In this document: positions 8,458 to 15,902 of the stretch, piece by piece
Position numbering within the stretch: position 1 is the first letter of the stretch
How the letters are laid out: every line of letters starts with the position of its first letter
UHGV virus genome: UHGV-0369446
Source of the DNA: a virus
DNA length: 19,970 nucleotides
Direction: 5' to 3' (one strand)
Notes under the pieces: generated by a model
Told to the model about the DNA's origin: nothing
What the model saw: the letters and a program-made list of their open reading frames with translations, nothing else
Database searches by the model: none
Translations under genes and position numbers: made by a program

Positions 8458-8493
8458 CCCCAAATAAAAAGGCCTGCGATTACCTGCAGGCCT
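8458..8493 (-). terminator. tR2-like intrinsic terminator between ren and ninB
   Basis: Minus-strand 8-bp perfect stem AGGCCUGC/GCAGGCCU followed by UUUUUAUUU. Position matches lambda tR2 at the start of the nin region. Confidence 0.55.
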
Positions 8494-8518
8494 GTTATTA
8501 GCTCAGTGATGTAGATGG

Positions 8519-8809
8519 TCATCTTTTAACTCCATATACCGCCAATATCCGTTTCATCGTGGCACTCTGGCGACACTCCTTAAAAATCAGGTTCGTGCTC
8601 ATCTTTCCTTCCCGTTCTTCCTTGGTAGCAAACCGGTAATACACCGTTCGCCAGACCTTACCTTCGATAACCAGAAGACCTGCCCGTGCCATTTTAGCCG
8701 CGGCCTGATTTATGCTGGTTACTGTTGCGCCTGTTAGCGCGGCAACGTCCGGCGCACAGAAGCTATTATGCGTCCCCAGGTAATGAATAATTGCCTCTTT
8801 GCCCGTCAT
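8519..8809 (-). CDS. ren: Ren (Rex exclusion protection protein)
   Basis: 96-aa ORF MTGKEAIIHYLGTHNSFCAPDVAALTGATVTSINQAAAKMARAG..., matching lambda Ren from memory. Located directly downstream of P. Confidence 0.9.
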   Translation of the reverse strand: MTGKEAIIHYLGTHNSFCAPDVAALTGATVTSINQAAAKMARAGLLVIEGKVWRTVYYRFATKEEREGKMSTNLIFKECRQSATMKRILAVYGVKR

Positions 8810-9507
8810 ACACTTGCTCCTTTCAGTCCTAACTTAGCTTTAATTTCTGCGATCTTCGCCAGCGCCTGAACACGATTTAGAGGTCTGCCGCCCATGACAG
8901 GAAGTTGTTTTACTGGTTCAGGTATCGTCTCACCACGGTTAATTCGCGCTGTCATACAGGTCAGTTCATCGGCAGCCTTGCGTCGTAATTCCGCGTCAGT
9001 CAGCGCATTGGCCCGCATGTTCTGGTACAGGTTGGTAACCAGCCAGTAGTGCGCGTTCGATTTCCACGGATAAGACTCTGCATCCGGATACAGGCCTCGC
9101 TTCCGGCAATACTCGTAAACCATATCAACCAGCTCGCTGACGTTTGGCAGTCCGGCGATAACGGATGCTTCTTCCCGGCACCATGCAACAAACTGCCCGG
9201 GTGATGGCAGAAATGGTCGATTCTGCCGACGGGCTACGCGCATTCCTGCGTTAACCTGTTCCATTGTGGTGATCCCGTTTTCCCGGAAAGCCAGAACCCA
9301 CTGGCGGCGGATTTCGTTCAGTTCGTTCTGGTCACGGTTAGCCAGACTCGCCGGGAAAGTTGCCAGTAACTGGCTGAACACACCGTTGATGATCTGCGCT
9401 ACCTGCTGTACCTGCGGCTTTTCGTCGTACTGTTCCGGCATGTTGTTGGCGATCCGACGCATCTGCTCACGGTCAAAATTAACCATCTGTGCGGCGATGT
9501 TTTTCAT
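8806..9507 (-). CDS. P: replication protein P (DnaB helicase loader)
   Basis: 233-aa ORF MKNIAAQMVNFDREQMRRIANNMPEQYDEKPQVQQ..., matching lambda P from memory. Overlaps the O stop. Confidence 0.95.
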   Translation of the reverse strand: MKNIAAQMVNFDREQMRRIANNMPEQYDEKPQVQQVAQIINGVFSQLLATFPASLANRDQNELNEIRRQWVLAFRENGITTMEQVNAGMRVARRQNRPFLPSPGQFVAWCREEASVIAGLPNVSELVDMVYEYCRKRGLYPDAESYPWKSNAHYWLVTNLYQNMRANALTDAELRRKAADELTCMTARINRGETIPEPVKQLPVMGGRPLNRVQALAKIAEIKAKLGLKGASV

Positions 9508-10403
9508 AAATCCACCCCGTAAATCCAGTCAGTGTTTGTCAGGTCGAGTTTTGGTTTGCAGGCTGTCACACCTGCCTGTTGCTTGTTACGGTTGATTTCG
9601 AGCTGGGTCCACTTGTCGCGGAGTTTGGCCGGGCTCAGCACGTTACCGGACCAGAAGTTGTCCTGGCATGCCCAGCGGAACAGTACACACATGTCGCGAT
9701 GGTTACGTCCGTCACGTTCACGCATCAGGCGGATATCGTTAGCCCACCCTGCAAAATTCGGTTTTCTGGCTGATGGCGCGATGGTCTTCACCATGTCAAA
9801 CATCCATTCTGCGGCGGTCAGGTCTTCTGCTGTCCCCCACTTGCTGCCGCTCTGAATTGCAGCATCCGGTTTCACCACAGAAAGGTCGTTTTCTGGCTGG
9901 TCAGAGGATTCGCCAGAATTCTCTGACGAATAATCTTTTCTTTTTTCTTTTGTAATAGTGTCTTTTGTGTCCCCCTGTTTTGAGGGATAGCAATCCCCCA
10001 ATTTGAGGGATGTTTTATCCCTCGTTTTAGGGGATTTTCCCTCGTTTTGAGGGATACACCATTCTGAGATGTTTTTATTTGGTCCAAACATGCCGCCTTG
10101 CTGCTTGATAATATTCATTCTGACGAGTTCTAACTTGGCTTCATTGCACCGTTTGACGGGTAACTTTGTAATCTCGCTAAGTTGAGAATCGGTGATTCTG
10201 TCCATTGGTTTATTCCATCCATAGGTTTTACGCAGAATGGCAAGCAGCACTTTAAACTGTCGCTTGGTCAGATCTGCGCCTGAATAAGCCTCAAGCAGCA
10301 TATTTGATAGTCTGGCGTAACCATCATCGAGATCTGCCACATTACGCTCCTGTTTGGCAAAGTTACCTCTGCAGAAGTTGAGTATTTTTGCTGTATTTGT
10401 CAT
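9504..10403 (-). CDS. O: replication initiator O
   Basis: 299-aa ORF MTNTAKILNFCRGNFAKQERNVADLDDGYARLSNMLLEAY..., matching lambda O from memory. It contains the ori iterons within its coding sequence. Confidence 0.95.
   Translation of the reverse strand: MTNTAKILNFCRGNFAKQERNVADLDDGYARLSNMLLEAYSGADLTKRQFKVLLAILRKTYGWNKPMDRITDSQLSEITKLPVKRCNEAKLELVRMNIIKQQGGMFGPNKNISEWCIPQNEGKSPKTRDKTSLKLGDCYPSKQGDTKDTITKEKRKDYSSENSGESSDQPENDLSVVKPDAAIQSGSKWGTAEDLTAAEWMFDMVKTIAPSARKPNFAGWANDIRLMRERDGRNHRDMCVLFRWACQDNFWSGNVLSPAKLRDKWTQLEINRNKQQAGVTACKPKLDLTNTDWIYGVDL
9930..10056. repeat. lambda-type replication origin: four about 18-bp iterons plus an adjacent AT-rich region, inside gene O
   Basis: Four tandem copies of the inverted-repeat motif (T)CCCTC-N6-GAGGGAT at about 9971..9988, 9994..10011, 10017..10035 and 10038..10056, flanked by the AT-rich tract AATAATCTTTTCTTTTTTCTTTTGTAATAGTGTCTTTTGTGT. 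Confidence 0.85.
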
Positions 10404-10435
10404 AATGACTCCTGTGGATTGATCCAGTAATGACC

Positions 10436-10732
10436 TCAGAATTCCATCTGGATTTGTTCAGAACGCTCGGTTGCCGCCGGGCGTTTTTTATTGGTGAGTC
10501 CATCAAGCGCATACTTAAAAGCCCTGCTAATCGGACTGATGTCTGATGCCATTCCGAAAGCACACAAGACCGAAGCAATAAATCTCCAGTCCGTTCTGCT
10601 TATCTTCGATTCATGACAGCCAATCATCTTTGCCAGACCGCGCTGGGTAATAGCTGACAGATTGATAAGTAAATCTGTTTCTGCGCGATCAACGTCACGC
10701 TGTGATAGTTTGCTGTAACTTGTTCTTTCCAT
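10436..10732 (-). CDS. cII: CII-family transcriptional activator (chimeric: divergent N-terminal part, lambda-type C-terminal tail)
   Basis: 98-aa ORF. The last about 20 residues (LTNKKRPAATERSEQIQMEF) match lambda CII from memory. The rest has a helix-turn-helix-like segment (GLAKMIGCHESKISR) but differs from lambda CII. Confidence 0.8.
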   Translation of the reverse strand: MERTSYSKLSQRDVDRAETDLLINLSAITQRGLAKMIGCHESKISRTDWRFIASVLCAFGMASDISPISRAFKYALDGLTNKKRPAATERSEQIQMEF

Positions 10733-10816
10733 TTCTTAAGATTTCCAATAGTGAATAGTTAGTTGAAAGGTATGCGTGGAAACGCATATGGCCTTAGTTG
10801 GTCAGATATCTTGGAA

Positions 10817-10863
10817 CTCGCTTTTCAGCGACGTAGGACGAATGTCCGTTGTTACAAAGAGCG
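10817..10863 (-). promoter_or_regulatory. putative nutR (boxA + boxB)
   Basis: Minus-strand CGCTCTTTGTAACAACG (boxA-like) followed about 17 nt later by UCGCUGAAAAGCGA (4-bp stem, loop UGAAAA), between cro and cII. It pairs with the similar site upstream of N. Confidence 0.5.
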
Positions 10864-10873
10864 GATCCGCTTA

Positions 10874-11089
10874 TTAAGCGGCTTTGTGTTCCGGCGGGAA
10901 CACGTCATCAAGACTGACTTTTGCGCCTAACTTGTTTAGGCACGCAACAAGAGCACGGCATGTTTTAAGGTCTGGGAAGCGACGACCAGATTCCCAATGT
11001 CCGATAGCTCCCTGTGTGCATCCAACTGCCTTAGCAAGTGTTGTTTGAGAGATATTCAGTGACTCTCGATATTTTCGTAGGTTGCTCAT
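10874..11089 (-). CDS. cro: Cro-like repressor (helix-turn-helix)
   Basis: Trimmed to the internal Met, which has a GGAGGG Shine-Dalgarno 4 nt upstream. The 71-aa product MSNLRKYRESLNISQTTLAKAVGCTQGAIGHWESGRR has an HTH whose recognition helix (TQGAIGHW) is similar to that of the divergently encoded CI (TQGGIGHW). The long 128-aa form in the ORF track has an implausible hydrophobic leader. Confidence 0.75.
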   Translation of the reverse strand: MSNLRKYRESLNISQTTLAKAVGCTQGAIGHWESGRRFPDLKTCRALVACLNKLGAKVSLDDVFPPEHKAA

Positions 11090-11200
11090 ATGCCCTCCAT
11101 AGTAAACACGAATAAAAAAATACAATATGTACTTTGCGAATACAAGTAAAAATACACATTGTGCATGGATGGTTCCAGTACAGAGCGTAATAATAAGGAC
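11090..11200. promoter_or_regulatory. OR region: divergent pR/pRM promoters and operators
   Basis: 111-bp AT-rich intergenic region between divergent cro and cI. It contains palindrome-like elements (TACAATATGTA, CACATTGTG) and a TACTAT hexamer upstream of cro. Exact operator boundaries are not resolved. Confidence 0.6.
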
Positions 11201-11860
11201 ATGAAAATGAAATGGTATGAACTGGCTAGATCCAGAATGAAAGAGCTCGGCATAACTCAAGAGAAGTTAGCCGAAGAGCTAGGTATGACGCAGGGTGGGA
11301 TTGGACACTGGTTGCGCGGATCTCGTCATCCATCTCTTAGTGATATTGGTGTGGTGTTTAAATACCTTGGTATTGATAACATATCATTCAACCACGACGG
11401 GACATTTTCACCTGTTGGCGAATACTCATCGGCCCCAGTTAAAAAACAATATGAGTACCCTGTTTTTTCTCATGTTCAGGCTGGGATGTTCTCTCCAGAA
11501 CTCAGAACCTTTACCAAAGGCGATGCGGAGAGATTGGTAAGCACAACCAAAAAAGCCAGTGACTCTGCATTCTGGCTTGAGGTTGAAGGTAACTCAATGA
11601 CCGCACCAACAGGTTCCAAACCCAGCTTTCCTGACGGGATGTTAATTCTGGTTGACCCTGAGCAAGCTGTTGAGCCCGGCGATTTCTGCATAGCCAGACT
11701 TGGTGGTGATGAATTTACCTTCAAGAAACTGATCAGGGATAGCGGTCAGGTGTTTCTACAGCCACTAAACCCACAATACCCAATGATCCCATGCAATGAG
11801 AGTTGTTCCGTTGTGGGGAAAGTTATCGCCAGCCAATGGCCTGAAGAGACGTTTGGGTGA
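11201..11860 (+). CDS. cI: CI repressor (heteroimmune N-terminal HTH domain, lambda-type C-terminal S24/LexA-like autocleavage domain)
   Basis: From [26 protein letters not shown] to the C-terminus (..[12 protein letters not shown]) the sequence matches the lambda CI C-terminal domain from memory. The N-terminal domain differs from lambda CI. The start is either ATG 11201 or ATG 11207 (better spaced from the AAGGA Shine-Dalgarno). The ORF-track start at 11159 is probably too far upstream. Confidence 0.9.
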   Translation: MKMKWYELARSRMKELGITQEKLAEELGMTQGGIGHWLRGSRHPSLSDIGVVFKYLGIDNISFNHDGTFSPVGEYSSAPVKKQYEYPVFSHVQAGMFSPELRTFTKGDAERLVSTTKKASDSAFWLEVEGNSMTAPTGSKPSFPDGMLILVDPEQAVEPGDFCIARLGGDEFTFKKLIRDSGQVFLQPLNPQYPMIPCNESCSVVGKVIASQWPEETFG

Positions 11861-11899
11861 TGAAACCACTTTTATCTACAATTTACAGGGCGGTAAACA

Positions 11900-12457
11900 T
11901 TGGCAAAAATAGATGATTATCAGCCAAGCCAAGTAGAAGTTGATAAAGTACTTTATTGTAAAAAAATAGTTAACTTTTCTGGCGTTAAATGGAAACAGAA
12001 ACCAAGTCGCTCTGATATGTGGCTACAAGCCCATATCATCCCCTTGGATGAGGATTGTATACCTATACAAGGGCTAAAGTTTGAACTGAAATGGAAACCA
12101 GATCAGGATTCAGAACCTGATGACCCGATTTCTTACCCTAAAATAAATATTATTGCTTTCTATCATAACAAGAGGGTTTTCGCGGTAGATACCTATCACT
12201 TTGACAAACACACGAATAGTTACAAGGTCGATCATCCGAAGTACCAAGATATCATTTACGGTGCTCACTACCATGTATACTATGAAGAAGCTGGATACTA
12301 TAGTGATAGAATAGCGTTTCCAATCGAAGATGACATAAACCCAGATGACCTGGTAGGGTATTGGAATTACTTCTGTAAACATCTGAACATAACTTACTCT
12401 GGGAGAATACCTTTACCGCTTGAAGATGAGTCGGGGCAAATGGGGTTTGGAATATGA
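11900..12457 (+). CDS. hypothetical protein A (185 aa) of a two-gene operon in the rexA position; function unknown
   Basis: ORF beginning 40 nt after the cI stop. The only in-frame start before codon 40 is TTG at 11900 (in-frame TAA at 11894..11896). AT-rich composition; acidic, Tyr/His-rich product (YGAHYHVYYEEAGYY); no hydrophobic segments. Its stop overlaps the start of gene B (ATGA). Confidence 0.6.
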   Translation: MAKIDDYQPSQVEVDKVLYCKKIVNFSGVKWKQKPSRSDMWLQAHIIPLDEDCIPIQGLKFELKWKPDQDSEPDDPISYPKINIIAFYHNKRVFAVDTYHFDKHTNSYKVDHPKYQDIIYGAHYHVYYEEAGYYSDRIAFPIEDDINPDDLVGYWNYFCKHLNITYSGRIPLPLEDESGQMGFGI

Positions 12458-13206
12458 TGTGCTCAACAGTGATCTCACAACTAGGTTTCGAATGCCATCC
12501 AATAGGCAAGACCTTGAGAATTATCAGTCCATTCACTTACTGTGATGATGGAGAGCATGTCGGTGCCTTTATCCGTGAAGTCAATGGTAGGTATTTAGTT
12601 AGTGACAGATGCGATGCCTTAATGAATATGGAGGCAAGAGGGATCTCGCTTACCAAAAAACGACTTGATGAGATACGACAATTACTGCTTAAAGAAGGCG
12701 CAGAACTCAATGCTCGAGGAGAAATCATTGCTTGGGCAACAGAAAAGGATGTCGGTGCGATTACATCGAACATAATTAGAGCTGGTATACTCGCATCAAC
12801 TTTGTCGTTAGACTGGTATCAGCCAGTTCAAGCTGAAAAGTTTGAAAGTATGGTTATTGATTATCTATATCACACAGAGCTTAGAGACGCACTTTCTCTT
12901 CGTGAAAACGTATATGGCTTGAGTGGACATCAAATTACCGTCCCTGTAACAATAAAAACCGACATACCTAAATACGTTTTTACATCAAGCGTGAAACACG
13001 GAGGAAGCTGGAATAGTGCTTACTCATTGCTTGGGAAACTAATTGATCTTAAAGCTTCAAGTGAGGAGTATAACAACAGATTTGTTGTTATAGACAGCGA
13101 AGCAATTGGTGATCAAATGCAACAACTCTCCTTACTCTTCCATGAATCAAGCCAAGTTCTACCATTCTCCAAAAGAGAGACTTGGGTTAAGAGACTTGCA
13201 GCATAA
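12454..13206 (+). CDS. hypothetical protein B (250 aa) of a two-gene operon in the rexB position; function unknown
   Basis: ORF starting ATGATG and overlapping the gene A stop. AT-rich. No membrane-spanning segments evident, unlike RexB. Followed directly by a strong intrinsic terminator. Confidence 0.65.
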   Translation: MMCSTVISQLGFECHPIGKTLRIISPFTYCDDGEHVGAFIREVNGRYLVSDRCDALMNMEARGISLTKKRLDEIRQLLLKEGAELNARGEIIAWATEKDVGAITSNIIRAGILASTLSLDWYQPVQAEKFESMVIDYLYHTELRDALSLRENVYGLSGHQITVPVTIKTDIPKYVFTSSVKHGGSWNSAYSLLGKLIDLKASSEEYNNRFVVIDSEAIGDQMQQLSLLFHESSQVLPFSKRETWVKRLAA

Positions 13207-13210
13207 TACA

Positions 13211-13238
13211 ACCCGGCCTCAGCGCCGGGTTTTCTTTG
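13211..13238 (+). terminator. intrinsic terminator ending the cI / rex-slot operon
   Basis: CCCGGC-CTCAGC-GCCGGG hairpin followed by TTTTCTTT, immediately after the gene B stop. Confidence 0.75.
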
Positions 13239-13424
13239 CCTCACGTTCGCCCACCTAAAAACACATAACCAATTATATTTATTGAAAAATAAATAGATGC
13301 AACCCACTAAACCACGCAATTCTGATCTCTCCTTACATCGCCGAGGCAATACATCCACGCTAAAAAACAACACTATTAAATACAAAGCGTTATAAAAAAC
13401 CACGCCAACTTACAACAAATTGTA

Positions 13425-13453
13425 TTGATCTTGTAAAGTACATATCGTACTAT
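13425..13453 (+). promoter_or_regulatory. putative pL promoter (with OL operators in the surrounding AT-rich region about 13380..13460)
   Basis: TTGATC (13425..13430), a 17-nt spacer, then TACTAT (13448..13453), oriented toward N. Flanking palindrome-like elements TACAACAAATTGTA and GTACATAT share half-sites with the OR region. Confidence 0.5.
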
Positions 13454-13498
13454 TTAACCGTCAGCAGGACGCTGGAAGCCAAATGGAACAGACTGGCA

Positions 13499-13546
13499 GG
13501 CTCTTTAAACAACGTCGACTCTCGACTACGTGGCTGAAAAGCCAGA
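13499..13546 (+). promoter_or_regulatory. putative nutL (boxA + boxB)
   Basis: GCTCTTTAAACAACG (boxA-like) followed about 16 nt later by TGGCTGAAAAGCCA (4-bp stem, loop TGAAAA), between pL and N. The stem differs from the nutR candidate by a compensatory base-pair change. Confidence 0.5.
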
Positions 13547-13642
13547 TCACCCAACCACATAAGCTGTGGGATGCAATGCCGAAGCAACCGTCTCAGGAGG
13601 AGCTTCGAGATTGCATCGCCAAAGTTTATTCGGGAGGAATCC

Positions 13643-13915
13643 ATGTCCAGAAAAACAGAATTTAAAGGCACCGCAGCTTCTCGCCGTAGAGCTCGTCGCG
13701 CAAATCTGCAAAGTCAGGAGGCGATCAGCTCCGACAAGCTACACAGGCCAACCCCTTCACGAGTGGTCTTGCAATGCAAGCTCAAACCAGCAATGAGAGC
13801 AGAAGTGATAACTCTGACAACGTTGACCAGAAAATATGAAGGTTCAACTTGTCTTCCGAACGTAGCTCTTTACGCGGCAGGCTACCGGAAATCAAAACAA
13901 CTGACGGCGAGATGA
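13643..13915 (+). CDS. N: N-family antitermination protein
   Basis: Start placed at the ATG preceded by GGGAGG (MSRKTEFKGTAASRRRARRANLQSQ...). It has an N-terminal arginine-rich motif like N proteins and is the first gene after pL/nutL. The sequence differs from lambda N and resembles non-lambda N variants (phage 21 / P22 gp24 type) as far as I recall. Confidence 0.7.
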   Translation: MSRKTEFKGTAASRRRARRANLQSQEAISSDKLHRPTPSRVVLQCKLKPAMRAEVITLTTLTRKYEGSTCLPNVALYAAGYRKSKQLTAR

Positions 13916-13931
13916 TAAATTCATTTGCTAA

Positions 13932-14513
13932 TTACTTGTTTTTGCCATGCTTATCCTGAGCGATAAGTTCATCCATAAGGCTGTCTGCCTTCCCGGCAAA
14001 CCTAATGTAGCACTCATGTCTATAGCTTTCAGGGATAACGAAACGGTCGGTATCAGGATATCCAACAGCAGGAGGCCTTCGAACGAGGAGTCCTTTTTTG
14101 AGCAATGAAATTGATTCATGAGCGCCCTTTTCCGTTTGTAGCTGGTTATTAGCGGCTACAGCGAATGCCAAATACGCTCTTTCTCCAAGAGTTAACGAAT
14201 CAAACAAATCTTGCACATATTTTTCTTCTTTAGATTTGCGCTTCTGAGCAGCGAATACCTCAATTCTTTCAGTCACAGCGTGATAAGCGGAATTAACAAC
14301 GCCGTTAAGCACATAGCTAACGCAAAACAACAGGATGTAATACATCCAGTAATGAGGAAGGATTTCTGGATTATGCAGGTTTATCCATTCTTTTACGCTT
14401 ACCGGCATAACAATAATCAATATGATCAGGATGATTAGCATATGAATCAACTGTTTAAGTGTCATTCCTTGCAGGAAAAAATGCATTAGTTCCTGCCACC
14501 ATGAGTTGTTCAT
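13932..14513 (-). CDS. sieB: superinfection exclusion protein SieB
   Basis: 193-aa ORF with an N-terminal hydrophobic membrane segment (LIHMLIILIILIIVMPV). It lies on the opposite strand between N and ral, as lambda/P22 sieB does. Similarity to SieB is from memory. Confidence 0.7.
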   Translation of the reverse strand: MNNSWWQELMHFFLQGMTLKQLIHMLIILIILIIVMPVSVKEWINLHNPEILPHYWMYYILLFCVSYVLNGVVNSAYHAVTERIEVFAAQKRKSKEEKYVQDLFDSLTLGERAYLAFAVAANNQLQTEKGAHESISLLKKGLLVRRPPAVGYPDTDRFVIPESYRHECYIRFAGKADSLMDELIAQDKHGKNK

Positions 14514-14656
14514 CGGCGTTTCTCTTTTGCTCTCTGTAGGGGTGAATAGAGTTTATCCGATTTCTCGTTGTAGGGGTACACGAGAACCACCGAGCCTGAT
14601 GTGGTTAAAAGACAGGCACAATCTTTACTACCGCAATCCACTCTTTAAGGTGATAT

Positions 14657-14743
14657 ATGGAAGAAGAATTTGAAGAGTTCGAAGAGCATCCTCAAGATGT
14701 GATGGAACAATACCAGGACTATCCGTATGACTACGACTATTGA
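14657..14743 (+). CDS. small acidic ORF (28 aa), lambda orf28-like
   Basis: Manual translation gives MEEEFEEFEEHPQDVMEQYQDYPYDYDY. Its 3' end overlaps the ral start. Position matches lambda orf28 as I recall; below the ORF-track size cutoff. Confidence 0.45.
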   Translation: MEEEFEEFEEHPQDVMEQYQDYPYDYDY

Positions 14744-14927
14744 TACAAATCAATGGTGTGGACAATTCAAACGATGCAATGGATGCAAGCTGCAATCGGA
14801 ATGCATGGTTAAGCCTGAAGAAATGTTTCCTGTAATGGAAGATGGGAAATATGTCGATAAATGGGCAATACGAACGACGGCAATGATTGCCAGAGAACTT
14901 GGTAAACAGAACAACAAAGCTGCCTGA
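14727..14927 (+). CDS. ral: Ral restriction-alleviation protein
   Basis: 66-aa ORF MTTTIDTNQWCGQFKRCNGCKLQSECMVKPEEMFPVMEDGKYVDKWAIRTTAMIARELGKQNNKAA, matching lambda Ral from memory. Confidence 0.9.
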   Translation: MTTTIDTNQWCGQFKRCNGCKLQSECMVKPEEMFPVMEDGKYVDKWAIRTTAMIARELGKQNNKAA

Positions 14928-15063
14928 TAGTGGCCTTTATTTTTGGCATAAATAACAGAATAAACACTGCACTGTGTATTCATTCCAACGAGTGAATACA
15001 CGGAGCAATGTCGCTCGTAACTAAACAGGAGCCGACTTGTTCTGATTATTGGAAATCTTCTTT

Positions 15064-15090
15064 GCCCTCCAGTGTGAGGGCGATTTTTTA
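15064..15090 (+). terminator. intrinsic terminator (tL2-like) between ral and ea10
   Basis: GCCCTC-CAGTGT-GAGGGC hairpin followed by GATTTTTTA. Confidence 0.55.
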
Positions 15091-15109
15091 TCTATGAGGA
15101 TATGAATAG

Positions 15110-15478
15110 ATGTCAAACATCAAAAAATACATCATTGATTACGACTGGAAAGCATCAATAGAAATTGAAATTGACCATGACGTAATGACAGAGGAAAAAC
15201 TTCACCAGATTAATAATTTCTGGTCAGACTCTGAATACCGACTCAATAAACACGGCTCTGTATTAAATGCTGTATTAATCATGCTGGCGCAACATGCTCT
15301 GCTTATAGCAATTTCAAGCGACTTAAATGCATATGGTGTTGTGTGTGAGTTCGACTGGAATGATGGAAATGGTCAGGAAGGATGGCCTCCAATGGATGGT
15401 AGTGAAGGAATAAGAATTACCGATATCGATACATCAGGAATATTTGATTCAGATGATATGACTATCAAGGCCGCCTGA
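15110..15478 (+). CDS. ea10: Ea10-like early protein
   Basis: 122-aa ORF in the ea10 position between ral and cIII. Same length as lambda Ea10. Sequence identity is recalled only loosely. Confidence 0.6.
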   Translation: MSNIKKYIIDYDWKASIEIEIDHDVMTEEKLHQINNFWSDSEYRLNKHGSVLNAVLIMLAQHALLIAISSDLNAYGVVCEFDWNDGNGQEGWPPMDGSEGIRITDIDTSGIFDSDDMTIKAA

Positions 15479-15550
15479 GCGCGGCGTTACCGCATACCAA
15501 TTACGCTTCACTCGAGGCGTTTTTCGTTATGTATAAATAAGGAGCACACC

Positions 15551-15715
15551 ATGCAATATGCCATTGCAGGGTGGCCTGTTGCTGGCTGCCCTTCCGAATC
15601 TTTACTTGAACGAATCACCCGTAAATTACGTGACGGATGGAAACGCCTTATCGACATACTTAATCAGCCAGGAGTCCCAAAAAATGGATCAAACAATTAT
15701 GGCTATCCAGACTAA
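15551..15715 (+). CDS. cIII: CIII (inhibitor of FtsH, stabilises CII)
   Basis: Manual translation gives [54 protein letters not shown] (54 aa), matching lambda CIII from memory. Below the ORF-track cutoff and in a different frame from the listed 89-aa ORF. Confidence 0.85.
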   Translation: MQYAIAGWPVAGCPSESLLERITRKLRDGWKRLIDILNQPGVPKNGSNNYGYPD

Positions 15716-15827
15716 ATTCACTATCGCCACTTTTATTGGCGATGAAAAGATGTTTCGTGAGGCCGTCGACGCTTATAAAAAATGGATATTAATACTGAAA
15801 CTGAGATCAAGCAAAAGCATTCACTAA
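15684..15827 (+). CDS. kil: Kil (FtsZ inhibitor)
   Basis: 47-aa product [47 protein letters not shown], matching lambda Kil from memory. It is the 3' portion of the 89-aa ORF in the track and overlaps the cIII 3' end in another frame. Confidence 0.85.
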   Translation: MDQTIMAIQTKFTIATFIGDEKMFREAVDAYKKWILILKLRSSKSIH

Positions 15828-15902
15828 CCCCCTTTCCTGTTTTCCTAATCAGCCTGGCATTTCGCGGGCGATATTTTCACAGCCATTTTCAGGAGTTCAG
15901 CC

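Noticed and set aside
7481-8463. Extended N-termini of the methyltransferase (195 aa) and ninB (152 aa) ORFs
   Set aside because: The extensions overlap the upstream genes. Internal ATGs that create ATGA stop/start coupling give products matching the known protein lengths.
10874-11260. Long 128-aa form of the cro ORF
   Set aside because: The N-terminal 57 residues are hydrophobic, low-complexity, and run through the operator/promoter region. An internal ATG with a strong Shine-Dalgarno gives a 71-aa HTH protein typical of Cro.
15558-15827. The 89-aa ORF from the track, taken as one gene
   Set aside because: Its 5' part is an alternative frame across cIII, and only its 3' 47 codons (from ATG 15684) match Kil. 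cIII itself is in a different frame and fell below the track size cutoff.
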